From Vicugna vicugna (lineage: Eukaryota): a stretch of DNA of 64,000 bases. Position 1 is the stretch's first letter, and each line of letters begins with the position of its first letter. Where the stretch lies: assembly GCA_013265495.1 (NCBI GenBank), contig MU058669.1, forward strand, positions 186,001 through 250,000, written 5' to 3'. The translations under genes were made by a program, and so were the position numbers. Shown one piece after another: positions 1 through 11,622 of this stretch. A model generated the notes under the pieces. That model did not search any database. It had not been told where the DNA came from and saw only the letters and a list, made by a program, of their open reading frames with translations.

Positions 1-670
1 GGCCGCTCCAACATGAACCTCGTGGGCAGCTACGCACACCATCACCACCATCACCATCATCATCACCCGCACCCCGCGCACCCCATGCTCCACGAGCCCT
101 TTCTCTTCGGCCCTGCCTCGCGCTGTCACCAGGAACGGCCCTACTTCCAGAGCTGGCTGCTGAGCCCAGCTGACGCTGCTCCGGACTTCCCCGCCGGCGG
201 GCCACCGCCCACACCCGCGGCAGCCGCCGCCGCCTACGGTCCAGACGCCAGGCCAGGCCAGAGCCCCGGGCGGCTGGAGGCGCTCGGCGGCCGCCTGGGC
301 CGGCGGAAAGGCTCAGGACCCAAGAAGGAGCGGAGACGCACAGAGAGCATTAACAGCGCGTTTGCGGAGCTGCGCGAGTGCATCCCCAATGTGCCGGCCG
401 ACACCAAGCTCTCCAAGATCAAGACTCTGCGCCTGGCCACCAGCTACATCGCCTACCTGATGGACGTGCTGGCCAAGGACTCACAGGCCGGTGACCCCGA
501 GGCCTTCAAGGCTGAACTCAAGAAGGCGGATGGAGGCCGCGAGAGCAAGCGAAAAAGGGAGCTGGTAAGTCCGGGGGCCTGTATGCTCTAGTCAAGGGCG
601 CGGGCGCGCGGGAAGCACCCGCAGGCCAAATACGCAGTGGAAGGAATCTCCGTTGCCGTGCGTGCTATTT
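1..670. promoter_or_regulatory. CpG island over HAND1 exon 1 (continues left of the window)
   Basis: High GC content and dense CpG dinucleotides. Confidence 0.8.
13..564 (+). CDS. HAND1: HAND1 coding exon 1 (His tract, bHLH domain)
   Basis: MNLVGSYA-H10-PHPAHP...[47 protein letters not shown] is the HAND1 bHLH. The exon ends ...GAG CTG|GTAAGT (donor at 565), 184 codons, phase 0. Confidence 0.98.
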
Positions 671-2133
671 TGAGAGGCAGAGGGTAGTTCTCAAATGGTC
701 AAGATGTGCACGGAGGGAAGCAGATTCATATTTGAATTTATTTGTAATGTGGATCGTGTTTGTAAGACTGTGAATGAAGACCAGAATCTTAACATTTCGG
801 GAGAGGGTCAGAGTCCCTTTTAAGAGTCCATGGGAAGCTTCAGACGCGGAGAACACACGCATGGTTTCTTTCTTTCCAATCTTGAGGGGTCCTGATTCAC
901 CTCTGGGCTCTCCTGGAAACCAGGTTATGAATGCCTTAGGGTTTAGTTACTTCAGTTTGAATGTGAATTTATGCTTATAGGCTCAGCTACTGTTTTCACA
1001 AGGCCTTTGCTGGAGAGGTTAGTCTACTGCCATCCTTGTACAGATAGGGAAACTGAGGCCCAGAGCAGGACAGGACTTGAAGGTTACCTACCCAAGGAGC
1101 TGTTTATTTGGGTAAAACAAGTAAGTCTACTCCCTGTCCAGAGCGTGTTCCAGTGCTCCACTCCCTACGGCCGGCTCTGAGGGCCACCTTGATGGTTTTG
1201 TGTGTAAAGGCCAACAAGCAAGAGTCAAGAGTCTCACCCACTTCTTTTGGTTTTGGAGATCGCGGTGCATACCGGCCTCTCTCTCGATCCTCTCAAGTGA
1301 GGTGACACTTCCTAGAGCTTGGTTTCTCTGGCCCAGGGTTCTGGGACCTCTGAAGGCAGTGATTTCCAGGCTGGTGAACTGAAATAGTTTCTCTAGGATG
1401 GTGCACTCAGGGCTGCAGTGCGTTGGAGTTGACCAGAGAGCCCCCCCGGATTTTATCTGTCCTGCAGGGGCTGTGATAAACTAGGGAAAGCTCACCTGGG
1501 GAGACTGGGAAATACCCTAGCCAATGAGTTTTTAAGGACATGTAGGCCCAGGCGACTGCTGGTTAGAAGTAATTGTTGAGCATATCTTCTCCACCCCCTG
1601 CACATCACCACCTCCTTCAAGGAGCGGGGAAGGGGGATGCTAGGGCAGGCCAACTGCCCCCGCCCCATCGCCTAGCCTTCTGAGCATCTAGCGCCAGCTG
1701 GAGGGACCCAACTCTGTACCCAAACCCAGTGCTAAACTAGGTTGGAAAGCCGGTGGGACGTGTTGGGGGAGCAGGTCCTCGAGGGAGAAGACTGTTGATT
1801 CCCACCCCTCCCATTTGAACCCCTGCAGTCTCCCTACGGCACCATAAAGCCAAACCTACAAGCATCAGTTTCACTAGACACAGAAAATTCTCATTATCAA
1901 ACCCCAGAAGCTGCCCAGTCCATCCCGGACCTGGGAACTCGGGGCATAAAGGCAAATTTATGAGCCTGTTTGCCTATTTTGCAAACAGAAATTCGTCACT
2001 TATTTAAAGACTCTCAATTACTGCTCCCAACACCTTTTACCCCACTCCACTTTTACCCCACTCCCGGGCGATTGGAGCAGAAACATTTAAATCTGTCTCT
2101 CTCGCCTCTTTTCTTGTGTGTGTCCTCTGGCAG

Positions 2134-2238
2134 CAGCAGCACGAAGGCTTTCCTCCTGCCCTGGGCCCAGGCGAGAAGAGGATTAAAGGGCGCACAGGCT
2201 GGCCGCAGCAAGTCTGGGCGCTGGAGTTAAACCAGTGA
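2134..2238 (+). CDS. HAND1: HAND1 coding exon 2 (C-terminal HAND motif)
   Basis: Pyrimidine tract and CAG acceptor at 2131-2133, then [34 protein letters not shown], with TGA at 2236-2238. Total protein 218 aa. Confidence 0.97.
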   Translation, partial: QQHEGFPPALGPGEKRIKGRTGWPQQVWALELNQ

Positions 2239-2825
2239 GCCGAGGACCGCGCCACGGCTGCCCGACCCCGGGAGGAGAGGAAGGCGGCGGCGAGCGCCGG
2301 GCTCTGGGTTCCAGGGACTTGTAGGGGTGCGTCCTGCCGAGCCTCTGCTGCGCGCTGGCAGGTTGCTGGCTCCAACTACACACTTGGATCGCACGTGCAA
2401 TGTCATTTGAAATTGTTTTTAATACATGAAGAGAAAGATAAATATATATATAACCACCCCCGACCCCGGGCAACCGAGAGGGCGGCTCTTGGCTGCCCGA
2501 GTCGAGAAGGAGGGACCGCGGGACACAAACTTTAAGGTGTACCCTTCCAACCCTTCTGGGGCGAATTTAGAACCCTCGGGATGCCTTCCCCACTACGCTA
2601 TCTAGATGCCTTTCTCGTCAGCCTCCCCGCTTCGCGTCAAAACCCTCGGCGCGCGCTCTCCTTCCTAATTACAATGCAATAAGAGGAATCAGTAGTTTTC
2701 TGCCAGGGAAAGAGAACCAAGCCAGGAAGAGGGAGGGCTGCTTTTGTTGTTCTCCCTCAAACAGTGCTGTTTTTATTTTATTTTTTGTCGCTGCACTTCC
2801 TACTTAGTTCCAAGGGAGACACTCT

Positions 2826-2992
2826 TTACCTCTCTTTCCTTCCTTTAAAAATTTTTTCTTCTTTCATCTTTTCCCTTTCCTTTTCTTTCCTTCTTTCTTC
2901 CTTTTCTTTCCTTTCCTTCTTTCTTCCTTTTCTTCTTTCTTTCTTTCTGTCTTTCTTCCTTCTTTTCTCTTCCTTGCTTCCTTCTTTCCTTT
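2826..2992 (+). repeat. Low-complexity (TTTC/TTCC)-type polypyrimidine tract in the HAND1 3' UTR
   Basis: About 165 bp of almost pure C/T. Confidence 0.9.
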
Positions 2993-2995
2993 GCA

Positions 2996-3001
2996 AATAA
3001 A
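2996..3001 (+). terminator. Proximal candidate HAND1 poly(A) signal AATAAA
   Basis: AATAAA followed by T/GT-rich sequence. Confidence 0.45.
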
Positions 3002-3166
3002 AACTTTTCCTTATGTTGAAAAGTTTTTATGTATTTAAACTACCTACCGTGCCTGCTGCGCTCAGGTGTTTGTTTAATCTCCCATCCCCACCCTTTTTCT
3101 ACCTCAAATCTATATGACCACTCACTGCCCCCTCCCTTTGCCAGAGCAGTATCTATGCTCTTGACT

Positions 3167-3172
3167 AATAAA
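3167..3172 (+). terminator. Distal candidate HAND1 poly(A) signal AATAAA
   Basis: AATAAA followed about 30 nt later by TGTGATATTTTGG. It lies downstream of the let-7 and miR-196 seed sites. Confidence 0.7.
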
Positions 3173-3499
3173 ACATTTTCTGAAATCAGCAGAAGCCTCT
3201 GTGATATTTTGGCGGGTGTCCTGACCCCGGTCCATCGTTTCTGTTAGGTAGAGAGTCTCCAGTTCCTACTTCTCTTTTGATAAACGCCAAACCAAACTAC
3301 AAATCAAGTAAAGGGAAGGGGGCAGATAAAGGATTTACTCCTGGAACGAAGAGCAAAGTTCTCCTTAGAAGATGGGGGTGGAGGGGCAGGATAGCTTTAA
3401 TCAACCCACAGAAAGGAAAACTGGAAACGAATTAGACCCAGAGAGGACCGGCTAGGACTGATGTGGGTCAGCATTTGGGTCTGTCTGTGGGTTAGTATG

Positions 3500-5400
3500 C
3501 ACCTCGGTGTCTGCAGGCCGTGTTTTGGTGGTTATTGGGACGGGCGCCGGTCACACAAACGAACGGCATGGCGAGGGCAGGGTAGCTCGGAAGAGCGGAA
3601 TGGCTCGGGAATACGGTCACTAATGTGAAATTCTGAACATATAGTTGCACGTGCAACGGTGCAAGAACTCACATGCAGCCGCGTGGCTGAGGAGGTGGGG
3701 GTGGCAACGAGGGTCTGCTTAGCAAAGTCCCAACAAGCAGCAAGGGCTCGGCAAGGCAGAGCAGCCATAATTTTCCACATGAATGAAAGAACCTTGTGAG
3801 TGCTTATGGTCAAAGCGAGACATTTACGTTTCTCTCTAGCAACAAACACTTAACAAATATTTGTGAGAGCATATGGATTTGTGCAAAGGGATGGGGGTGG
3901 GGTATGTGCAGGCTAGTCTGGCACTCGTGCAGGAGAGCCGGTCTCGGTACCCCCACCTGCGCACCCGCGGCTCGGTCTGAGGGTGAATAAAAGCGCGTGC
4001 ATTTGTCAAGGCGCGGATGAGTGCTGGGCCGAACTGGGGCGAGCAAACGCAGGCGACTGTAGGTCGCTGAATAATAGCGTACAGACAACCAGCGTGGTTC
4101 GTGTGCGATGCTCTGTGCTAAGCGCTTTTATGTCTCCTAACAGCTCCCACGATTGCCGGAGGGAGAGAACGGTCTGCAGGGCTGGCACGGGTCCCTGGCC
4201 CTCGCTGCGAGGGAGGCGCGAGGACGCGCGCGCTGGTCTCCTGGAGTTTTCCCCGCTCCACATCCGGAGCTGGAGGCCCGGGCTTGGGCCCGAGAAAGGA
4301 GACCCCGGGCAGCTCCGGGGCCAGGAGTGCCTCAGGCGTCCGGTCCCGGCATCAGGGTGAATATGGGGCCCTATTAGTTTGGGCTGTAAACACCGTGGCA
4401 GGGCTGAGCGGCCACGCGGGCCTTTCCGGACGCGAAGGAGTTAATAAAAGGTGTTTTATGGGCGCGAGGAAACGGTGGAGGAGGTGTGAGCTTCTCTCTA
4501 CTCTGACCCCCCTACTTTTTTCTTTATTCCCTCTCGCCACCCGCCGCCAGATCAAAAAGGCCGGCGATTTAACTAGGGCAACACCTCGCGGTAATGAGCC
4601 GGCCCGGGACACCCCTCCCCCGCCTCAGTACCCGGCCCGAGGCCCCAAGGCCCCTCGGGGAGGAGCAGAAAAGAAACATCGAGTTTTCCTTTTCTTTCCA
4701 AGAGCTGGGGAGCCCCTTAGAAATCGAGACAGGCACGGGGAAACTGAGGCTTGGGGAGCAGGCCAACTGAGGTTTGCCCCAGCACGGAGGGGACATTTTC
4801 TGGATTCGAACCCAGGACTCCAGTTTAGTTTACAGACCGTCTTATGGCTATACGCAGAACACCCCGCCCGCGACTATTTTTAGCATCATGAAGTATCCTA
4901 GGCACGGGAAGAATGCGCACCCGGGTCCTGCTTTCTCGTAGCCTCGGCCAGTGAAAGGAGAGAGGGTACCGAGGGGTACCGCCTGCAGAGGCCGGAGCCA
5001 AGTTTGGCATAAGCACGCCTCCTCCGAAAACCCCATCCCGCGGGGCGCAAACCCTCTTAGAGAAGACGGCGCGGGGAGCCCCACATTCGTTCCCAGCCGT
5101 TCTGGTCCCAATCTCAGATCTTGCACCCAGGAGCTGAGACAAGGGGGCGGGTGCCCACGGAGGGGGTCTCGGGTGTCCTCCCACTTTCCCCAAACCTTAC
5201 TGCACTGTCTGGGACGCCCGAGCCACATTCCCAGCCCTCACTTCCCAGCTGCAAAAGCTGAGCCTCCAGAGCAGAACGGAGTTGCTCTGGGTTTCACCAA
5301 CCAGACTGAGACAGGGGCTCCAGACTTGGGGTCCAGCTCTTCTCCTCGCCCCGGGCTCTCGGGCCGCTCATGCATCCTCAGCTCTCCTTCCGCAGAATGG
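3500..5400. promoter_or_regulatory. CpG island downstream of HAND1
   Basis: Extended CpG-dense, repeat-free, non-coding segment. Confidence 0.75.
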
Positions 5401-6516
5401 CCTTGGAGCCTGCCTTTTACTTTCTTATTCTCTCCCAGGGTTCAGTGCGTTTTGTCGGTACCCTACCTCCACCTGGCTCTGGGGGACGGTGTCATTAATA
5501 TTATTTTGGGATTAAGGACAGCAACTATTTTTTTAATCTGGAGGGGGGGGCGGTGGAAATGCAATGGTCACGAACTTAAAATTAAATTCCAGGGATTTAT
5601 TGTAAGGAAATACTAACTACTGTTACAGAGCTTTAACTACAGGGCTATTCTACAAAAGAATGGAAAATAGGAAAGGACCTCCCATATATTATAATTACAG
5701 AACTGGTTAACTAAACTCACCAGTGGGTTACCACTCAGCCCCTGGAAAAAATGTGGGAATTGATATGGACATTGTTCATGGTATAAATGGGGGGGACCCC
5801 CTTCCAAGTTTCTAAAGACTGTCAGTAGTGACCTGCTTAATGTAAAAATAAATAAATGAATATCATTCATGGAGGAAAAAGTGAAAGAATATACATCAAA
5901 ACATTTACACCTCTGTGTCTGAGTTGTGGTAATAAGGATAATTTTGACTTTTTCTCCTGCTTAACAATGTATACACACACACACACATACGTATATTTAC
6001 AATGAATAAGTATTAATTTTGCAATAAAAAAATTAAGCTGCAATTTCCTTCTAATCGCTCCTGTGGCCAATGTACTTTCAGTACAGTTTATTCAACATGC
6101 ATTAATTGAGCTCCCACCTTGTGCTCGGCACTGTGGGTATAAATAATGTATAAGAAACAATCCTAATAATCGTCATCAATTAACATACAATAGTAAATAT
6201 TTGTCTTGAAGGGTTTCTTATTCCTTTCACACAGTGAATACAATCTTTTCCATACATTTAAAGCCTATTAGTACATGAAATAATAACGGTGGTAAAATTT
6301 TATTAAGGAAATTACTTTAGCCCTTACTTAGCATGCATTATTTTATGTAAGCCTCCTGAGGATAGCGTGAGGTTACTACTGAAGCAGCTGGGGCTCAGAG
6401 AGGTGAAGAACTTTGTTCAAGGTCAGATGACGGTGAAAGGCAGGCTGGGCTCGGATCAAAGGGCAGGTCTGGCTGCCTCCCGAGACTTGGCTTTTCCCCA
6501 CATGTCAGAGCGCCTC

Positions 6517-6534
6517 TGTGTGTGTGTGTGTGTG
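6517..6534. repeat. (TG)n microsatellite
   Basis: tgtgtgtgtgtgtgtgtg. Confidence 0.9.
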
Positions 6535-8059
6535 TACACACAAACTAGAGAAAGAAAGAAGGGAGTTTATGAAGGGATGCGGGATTCTAACTCCAGCTTT
6601 CCCCTGGAAACTTCTTCCTCCATCCCAGCTCAGAGTGGATCCCATCTGAAAATGAGGAGGGGTGTGGGCTCCTTACCATCTAGGTTCTTTCCTGACTATA
6701 ACAATGATTCTAGAAATCCACTTTCTGCTGGTGACAAGCTCAGCCTGTCATACTTTGCACTAGTCCGTGACTCCTCTTTCTCGGGTACTTTCACTTCTAC
6801 AAGCACATTTTTCTCCCCATGAACTAGAAGGGAGAAGGGCAGGAATTAGGCTCCTCATGGACAGATGGAGAAAGGAAGACACAGAGAGGGAAACAACCAG
6901 CTCAGGGTCACACAGCCAGTCACAGACTGAGCTGGGGTGGAGACGGCAGTCTGCAGACTTCAGGCCCAGGGCTCTCTTGGAAAAGGCCCTAGATCTTTCT
7001 CTTCATGCAACCAGCAGTTAAGCTTATGGTCTTGCTAAATCTTTATAAAAGAAATGAAAGCAAGAAATCAGCCAGTCTCATTTTTAAATGAAAAGTGACT
7101 ACTAAGAAAAAATATGCAGGCTCTAAAGTGTCTGAAACCAGCCTCCTGATTTAAGCCTAATTTGTTTGAAAAAAATGGTTTTTTCCAGCCAAGAGAGTTT
7201 TTACAGCTGAGCTCTCCCAAACCCATAAAAAACAAGGTTTATATGGGAAATAGTGAAAGACTCTTAACTGTAATACACAGCGTCTAATGTAAGCAGACAT
7301 AGACACTATATAAAGCTCCTACAAATGTTATTAAAACAAACAGAAATGCACATTTATCCCCACAGAATGGACAACGGAAGGCATCAGACTTTCAAGGAGT
7401 TCCAGGAGTCCTATGTTCACGGCAATGCTCAAAGCACCCCATCACACTGGAACCTCAAAATCCTTACCCACCATCCAAACATTACCCTCTTTCTAGGGAA
7501 GGGGAAACTGAGGCCCACGGAGGGGAGGGACTTGCTCAAGGTCACAAGGGGAGTTGTACTCTTCTTTTCTTCTCGTCTGCCTAACCCCTCTACTTCCAAT
7601 GAAGGGGACAGAATCAATCCTACAGGGGCCAAGACACCCTGCACAAGTTATTGAACATTTCCAACCCTCAGTATCCTGATCTACAAAGTGGCTGAGATCA
7701 TTGCCCCAACTTCCTGGGGTTTGTGAGGGTCAAATGAGATAATGTGGGCAGAGCACTTGGCATGGTGTCCACGGCAGAGCTATTTTTATTATTTCACTTA
7801 ATCCTTGCAATAACCTTGTGAGGCATTGCGGATTTATTTCAGTTTGCTTGTTTGCTTGTTTTGGAAAGATCAGCATAGAGGCTGCGGTGACTTGCCCATG
7901 GGCACACAGCCCGTGAGTGGATTCCTGGTTGCAGAGCCCTTATATTCCACATTACTAAGATAAACCAAGGGGTAGGCAGGCTGCGGCAGCTGAATTTCTG
8001 AAACCGTCTAAGGCAGCACCACAGAGCAGTAGCACTCTTTATATATTAACATAGAAGTA

Positions 8060-8384
8060 TATTTCTCTTACTGCAAGCCACCAGTGGGAGCCATATATAT
8101 ATATAATTAAAAAAATTTTTGGTAGCCACATTTAAACAATAAAGGGAAACAGGTGAATTTATTATTAAATTTAATCATATATTTAATATATTTAACTCAC
8201 TATGCCTAAAATAGAATTAACATGCAGTCAATATGGAAATTATTCATGATGTATTTTACATCCTTTTTTTCATACTGAGCAAAATCAGGATGTGTTTTAC
8301 AGCTGACAACACATCTCGGTTCAGACCACATTTCAATCATTCAGTAGCCACATATGGCTAGTGGCTACCACTTGGACAGTGCAG
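8060..8384. mobile_element. hAT-Charlie non-autonomous DNA transposon relic (MER33/MER3-like)
   Basis: Characteristic end 'cagtagccacatatggctagtggctacc...ttggacagtgcag' and internal 'ggtagccacattta...aacaggtgaa'. Confidence 0.7.
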
Positions 8385-9578
8385 GTCTTACGGCTCACGT
8401 AGCAGGAATGCTAAGTATGGAGTTTTGGTTAATCATATCAATAAATAGCTACCATTTATTGAGCACTTCCTGTGTCCCCAACAGCCGTGCTCAACCTATA
8501 TGGGCTCATTTACTCATCCTAACAGCAGAGGGTATGTATGTAATTTATTCCTGGTCACATGACTCATACATAGCAGGGCTGGCAGGCAGACTCAGCTCCG
8601 GCTGTCTCTCAAACCTGCAATTTTAGCCGCTGAGTTCCATGATTTCCAGGAACATCAGCAGGGCTGTGAGATGTGGAGTGTACTTTGGAGTGTCCCACCC
8701 AGTGGTGGAACCCGGGGTTCTAGGTCCAAGTCTACCATGAATCAGGTGACCGGGGGCCAATCATCCTCTTGGGTTCCAGTTTTCTAAGCTCTGATTTGGA
8801 CTAACAATACCTTTTCTCACCCTGCTAAACTCTTGTCAGGTGGAAATGGGGAAAGGTCTTTGAAAGTGTTTTGGAAAAGAGAATATAGCATGAGACTGGG
8901 CGAAGGTCAACAGGGAGGTCTGGACTGGCCTGCTGGCCTGTACTCACAGCTAAATGAGCTGGTTAGAAAAGCTGTGCAGCAGTGGGCAGGTTTCTTAACC
9001 TCTCTGAACCCCAGAACCCTCTTCTGTAAAAGGAAAAGCAGAATAGCTAGCAGAGATGTTGTGAAGATCCAGTAGTGAGTAAATAATGACTGGGAAGCTC
9101 TTAGCGTGGCCCAGAGGAGGCTGAGATAAACACAAGCTATTATTACTTACGCTGTTGTAGCTGGGGTTGGGCTCCAGGGTCTGGTTAGGAAGAAACAGGG
9201 AATGGCAGGGAAGGGGAAGGGGGAGTGGCCTTTCCCAGCCCCTGAGAGCCTGCTCTGGCTCAGACCAGTATTCTGGCAGTCCCAGGGCGGGGTGTGGGAG
9301 GCGTTCATGGGGTTTGAGAACAGTTAGTGTGGTGGAAAGAGCGGTCAAGAGAAGGGAGTTCAGCCTGTTGTGTGACCTCGGGCCCTTCCTTGCTCCCACT
9401 GGACCATAGTGTTGCCTGTAAAATGAGGGGTGAGACCAGAAAGCTAAATCCCTTTCTGCTTTGGTTGTCCAGACTTTTACAACCGTATGAATCAAAGCAT
9501 TCTTTAAACACAGCGTCTGTATAGGGAACAGAAAATACCCCAGCCTTCCCATGTGGCCTGGGGCTGCCACTAAGGGGA

Positions 9579-9597
9579 GGGCGCCACCTGGTGGTCA
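9579..9597 (-). promoter_or_regulatory. CTCF motif
   Basis: Minus strand TGACCACCAGGTGGCGCCC matches the core CCASYAGRKGGCR. Confidence 0.7.
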
Positions 9598-10119
9598 CAC
9601 TCCCTCATCTGTGTTCGGTGTAGAGAAATCAAAGACTGCCTGTAGCGACCCCAGAGCCCCAGGGCACACTATTTCTAACTTCCTTTAGCAGTTCAGAGAA
9701 GCGGAGAGGGGACCCAGAAATTTCACAGAGCCAGGAGTTGTGGGCAGGAGGCTAACTCCTGAGGGACGCTGGTGTTTTGCAATCCAACATCTCTGAGGCC
9801 TCTTGCCCTAAAGGAATCTTAGGGCAGGGGTCTGTCTGTATATTCCTGCTATATAAAGTCTAAAATGCATCACACTTTTTTTTCTGTTTCTTTGGATAGG
9901 GGCCACTGCAAAAAACATAATCTCTTGGTAGCTCAAAACTCTTCTGTCACTACCGCACTGGGCTCATGGAAAACAGAGGGCTGTTTCCCCTGCACTGACT
10001 ACCCCAGACTGCTGGGATCCAGAGTTTTTCTAGCAGGTTTACTGCTCTTCCCTCTTCCCCACACCGTCAATATCCCACGTCTCTCTGTGGCTGTGGTACA
10101 GGTTGTATGGTGCATGGAG

Positions 10120-10315
10120 GTGTCAGACTGACATGGCTTCAACTTCTGGCTCACTATAAGATCCTAGGTAAGCCATTCAACTTCTCTGAGCCTCAGTTTC
10201 CCCATCTGAAAGCTAGGGATGATAACAGCTTCTCTGCAGGTTTGTGTGAGGATTATGACTGTGCATATTACTATTCTAGCAAGGTGTCCAGCACCTGGCA
10301 GGTGTTTAGCAAGTA
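10120..10315 (+). mobile_element. MIR SINE (one of many; others near 1030-1100, 6290-6480, 7490-7950, 12900-13100, 33790-34020, 59500-59620, 61400-61600)
   Basis: MIR core 'aacttctctgagcctcagtttccccatctgaaa...gggatgataa...tgtgaggatta'. Confidence 0.75.
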
Positions 10316-11387
10316 ACAGCCGTCCTGATTACTGCTGCACGAGTGTCATCCTGACCACTTTCTCATATTTAGCTTTGGAAATATTCCTGGATAGAAACAT
10401 GAAGAGTATGCATTTGAAAATGATGATTAGCAACCAGAAAGCAAACACTCTTACCATGGAAGAGAGGGGAGCCTCCCTGGAACTGTTTAAACTGGCTCAG
10501 CCAAGTTCAACTTCATCTAGTTGAGCTAAACCCCAGTGGGCAGGCTGGGGTCTCTCAGTCCTCATCTGGGCTGCACGACGCTTCATTAGATGATTTCACT
10601 TCGGGCAGCTGCTTGTTGACAGGGCTGAAGCTGAGCCCTGCCCCCGCACTGCTCCCCTGGGGCCCAGGTCACTTCTGCCTGCCCCCCACCCATGCCGGCT
10701 CCTGAGCGGGACCCTCAGAGGGGTCTGGCTGGGAACAGGTGACCTCCCTCTGCTCTCTGAGCAGAGTCCAGCCTTGCTGGTGTCCACGAGCCCTAGGAAG
10801 GCTCAGTAGCCCACTTGGCTTAATTAAGCTCATTACATTTGCTAACACTCACTTGTTTCTCCAAGACGGGAAGAGCTCGCTGCACCCAGCAACTTCATCA
10901 GAACTCGGGCTGGCACGGGGCCCCGAGGCCTCCTCACGGATTTGAGGATTTTAGCAGTGGAAGGACTGCCTTCCACCCTTGTCTGGGTATGAGCTCCTCA
11001 GACATCCGCAGCTCCTGGAGGACAGAGTGCGTTTCCAGACTCCCCCAGGCACCTGGCACATGGTAGACACTCAAACATCTTCTCGATCACATCTTATTGT
11101 TTGCTTTGGTTTTTAATAATAGCAGTTTTGGTGACTCCAAAGTCCAAGCTCCTTCTGCTCTGGACTGGACCTCCCCTCCCCCTGTCTCCTGTCAAACCTT
11201 CCAGTTCCTTCAAGGGCTTGCTTAGGGGCCTCTTCTTGGAAGCTCCTCTGATTTTCAAACAGCCTCTTCCTTCCTGTTTCCCGCTTACTATGAATCATAC
11301 AGATACAGATACAGTATGGATATACATGGAGCGGGTAGATAGATGTTTTGATACGCCTACCGATACGGCCACAGCCACAGATTCAGG

Positions 11388-11462
11388 GTGTGTGTGTGTG
11401 TGTGTGTGTACATATGTGTGTGTATACATGTGTGTGTACATATACACACACACACACATACA
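11388..11462. repeat. Compound (TG)n/(TA)/(CA)n microsatellite, 75 bp of unbroken purine-pyrimidine alternation
   Basis: Read directly from the sequence. Confidence 0.9.
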
Positions 11463-11469
11463 GTATGTA

Positions 11470-11622
11470 CAGTTGTCCCTTGGTATCCACAGGGGATCAG
11501 TTCCAGGACCCCCCACAGATACCAAAATCCGTGGATGCTCAGGTCCCTTACATAATACCACGTGGTACAGCTGGTCCTTTGTATCCTCAGATTCAAAACC
11601 TGTGGATATGGAGGGCCACCTA
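11470..11622. mobile_element. Short TcMar-Tigger (MER2-like) non-autonomous element
   Basis: Imperfect terminal inverted repeats CAGTTGTCCCTTGGTATCCACAGG and CCTGTGGATATGGAGGGCCACCTA, flanked by TA on both sides. Confidence 0.75.

Noticed and set aside
565..591. ORF-track C-terminus VSPGACML of the 192-aa HAND1 ORF
   Set aside because: Read-through into intron 1. A strong GTAAGT donor at 565 and the conserved exon 2 explain the real C-terminus.
2764..3000. 78-aa Phe/Leu/Ser-rich hydrophobic ORF
   Set aside because: It is a translation of the polypyrimidine repeat in the 3' UTR.
3983..5616. Overlapping 120-220 aa ORFs on both strands downstream of HAND1
   Set aside because: Stop codons are scarce in a CpG island. 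The products are Arg/Gly/Pro-rich with no recognisable domain, and most starts are non-ATG.
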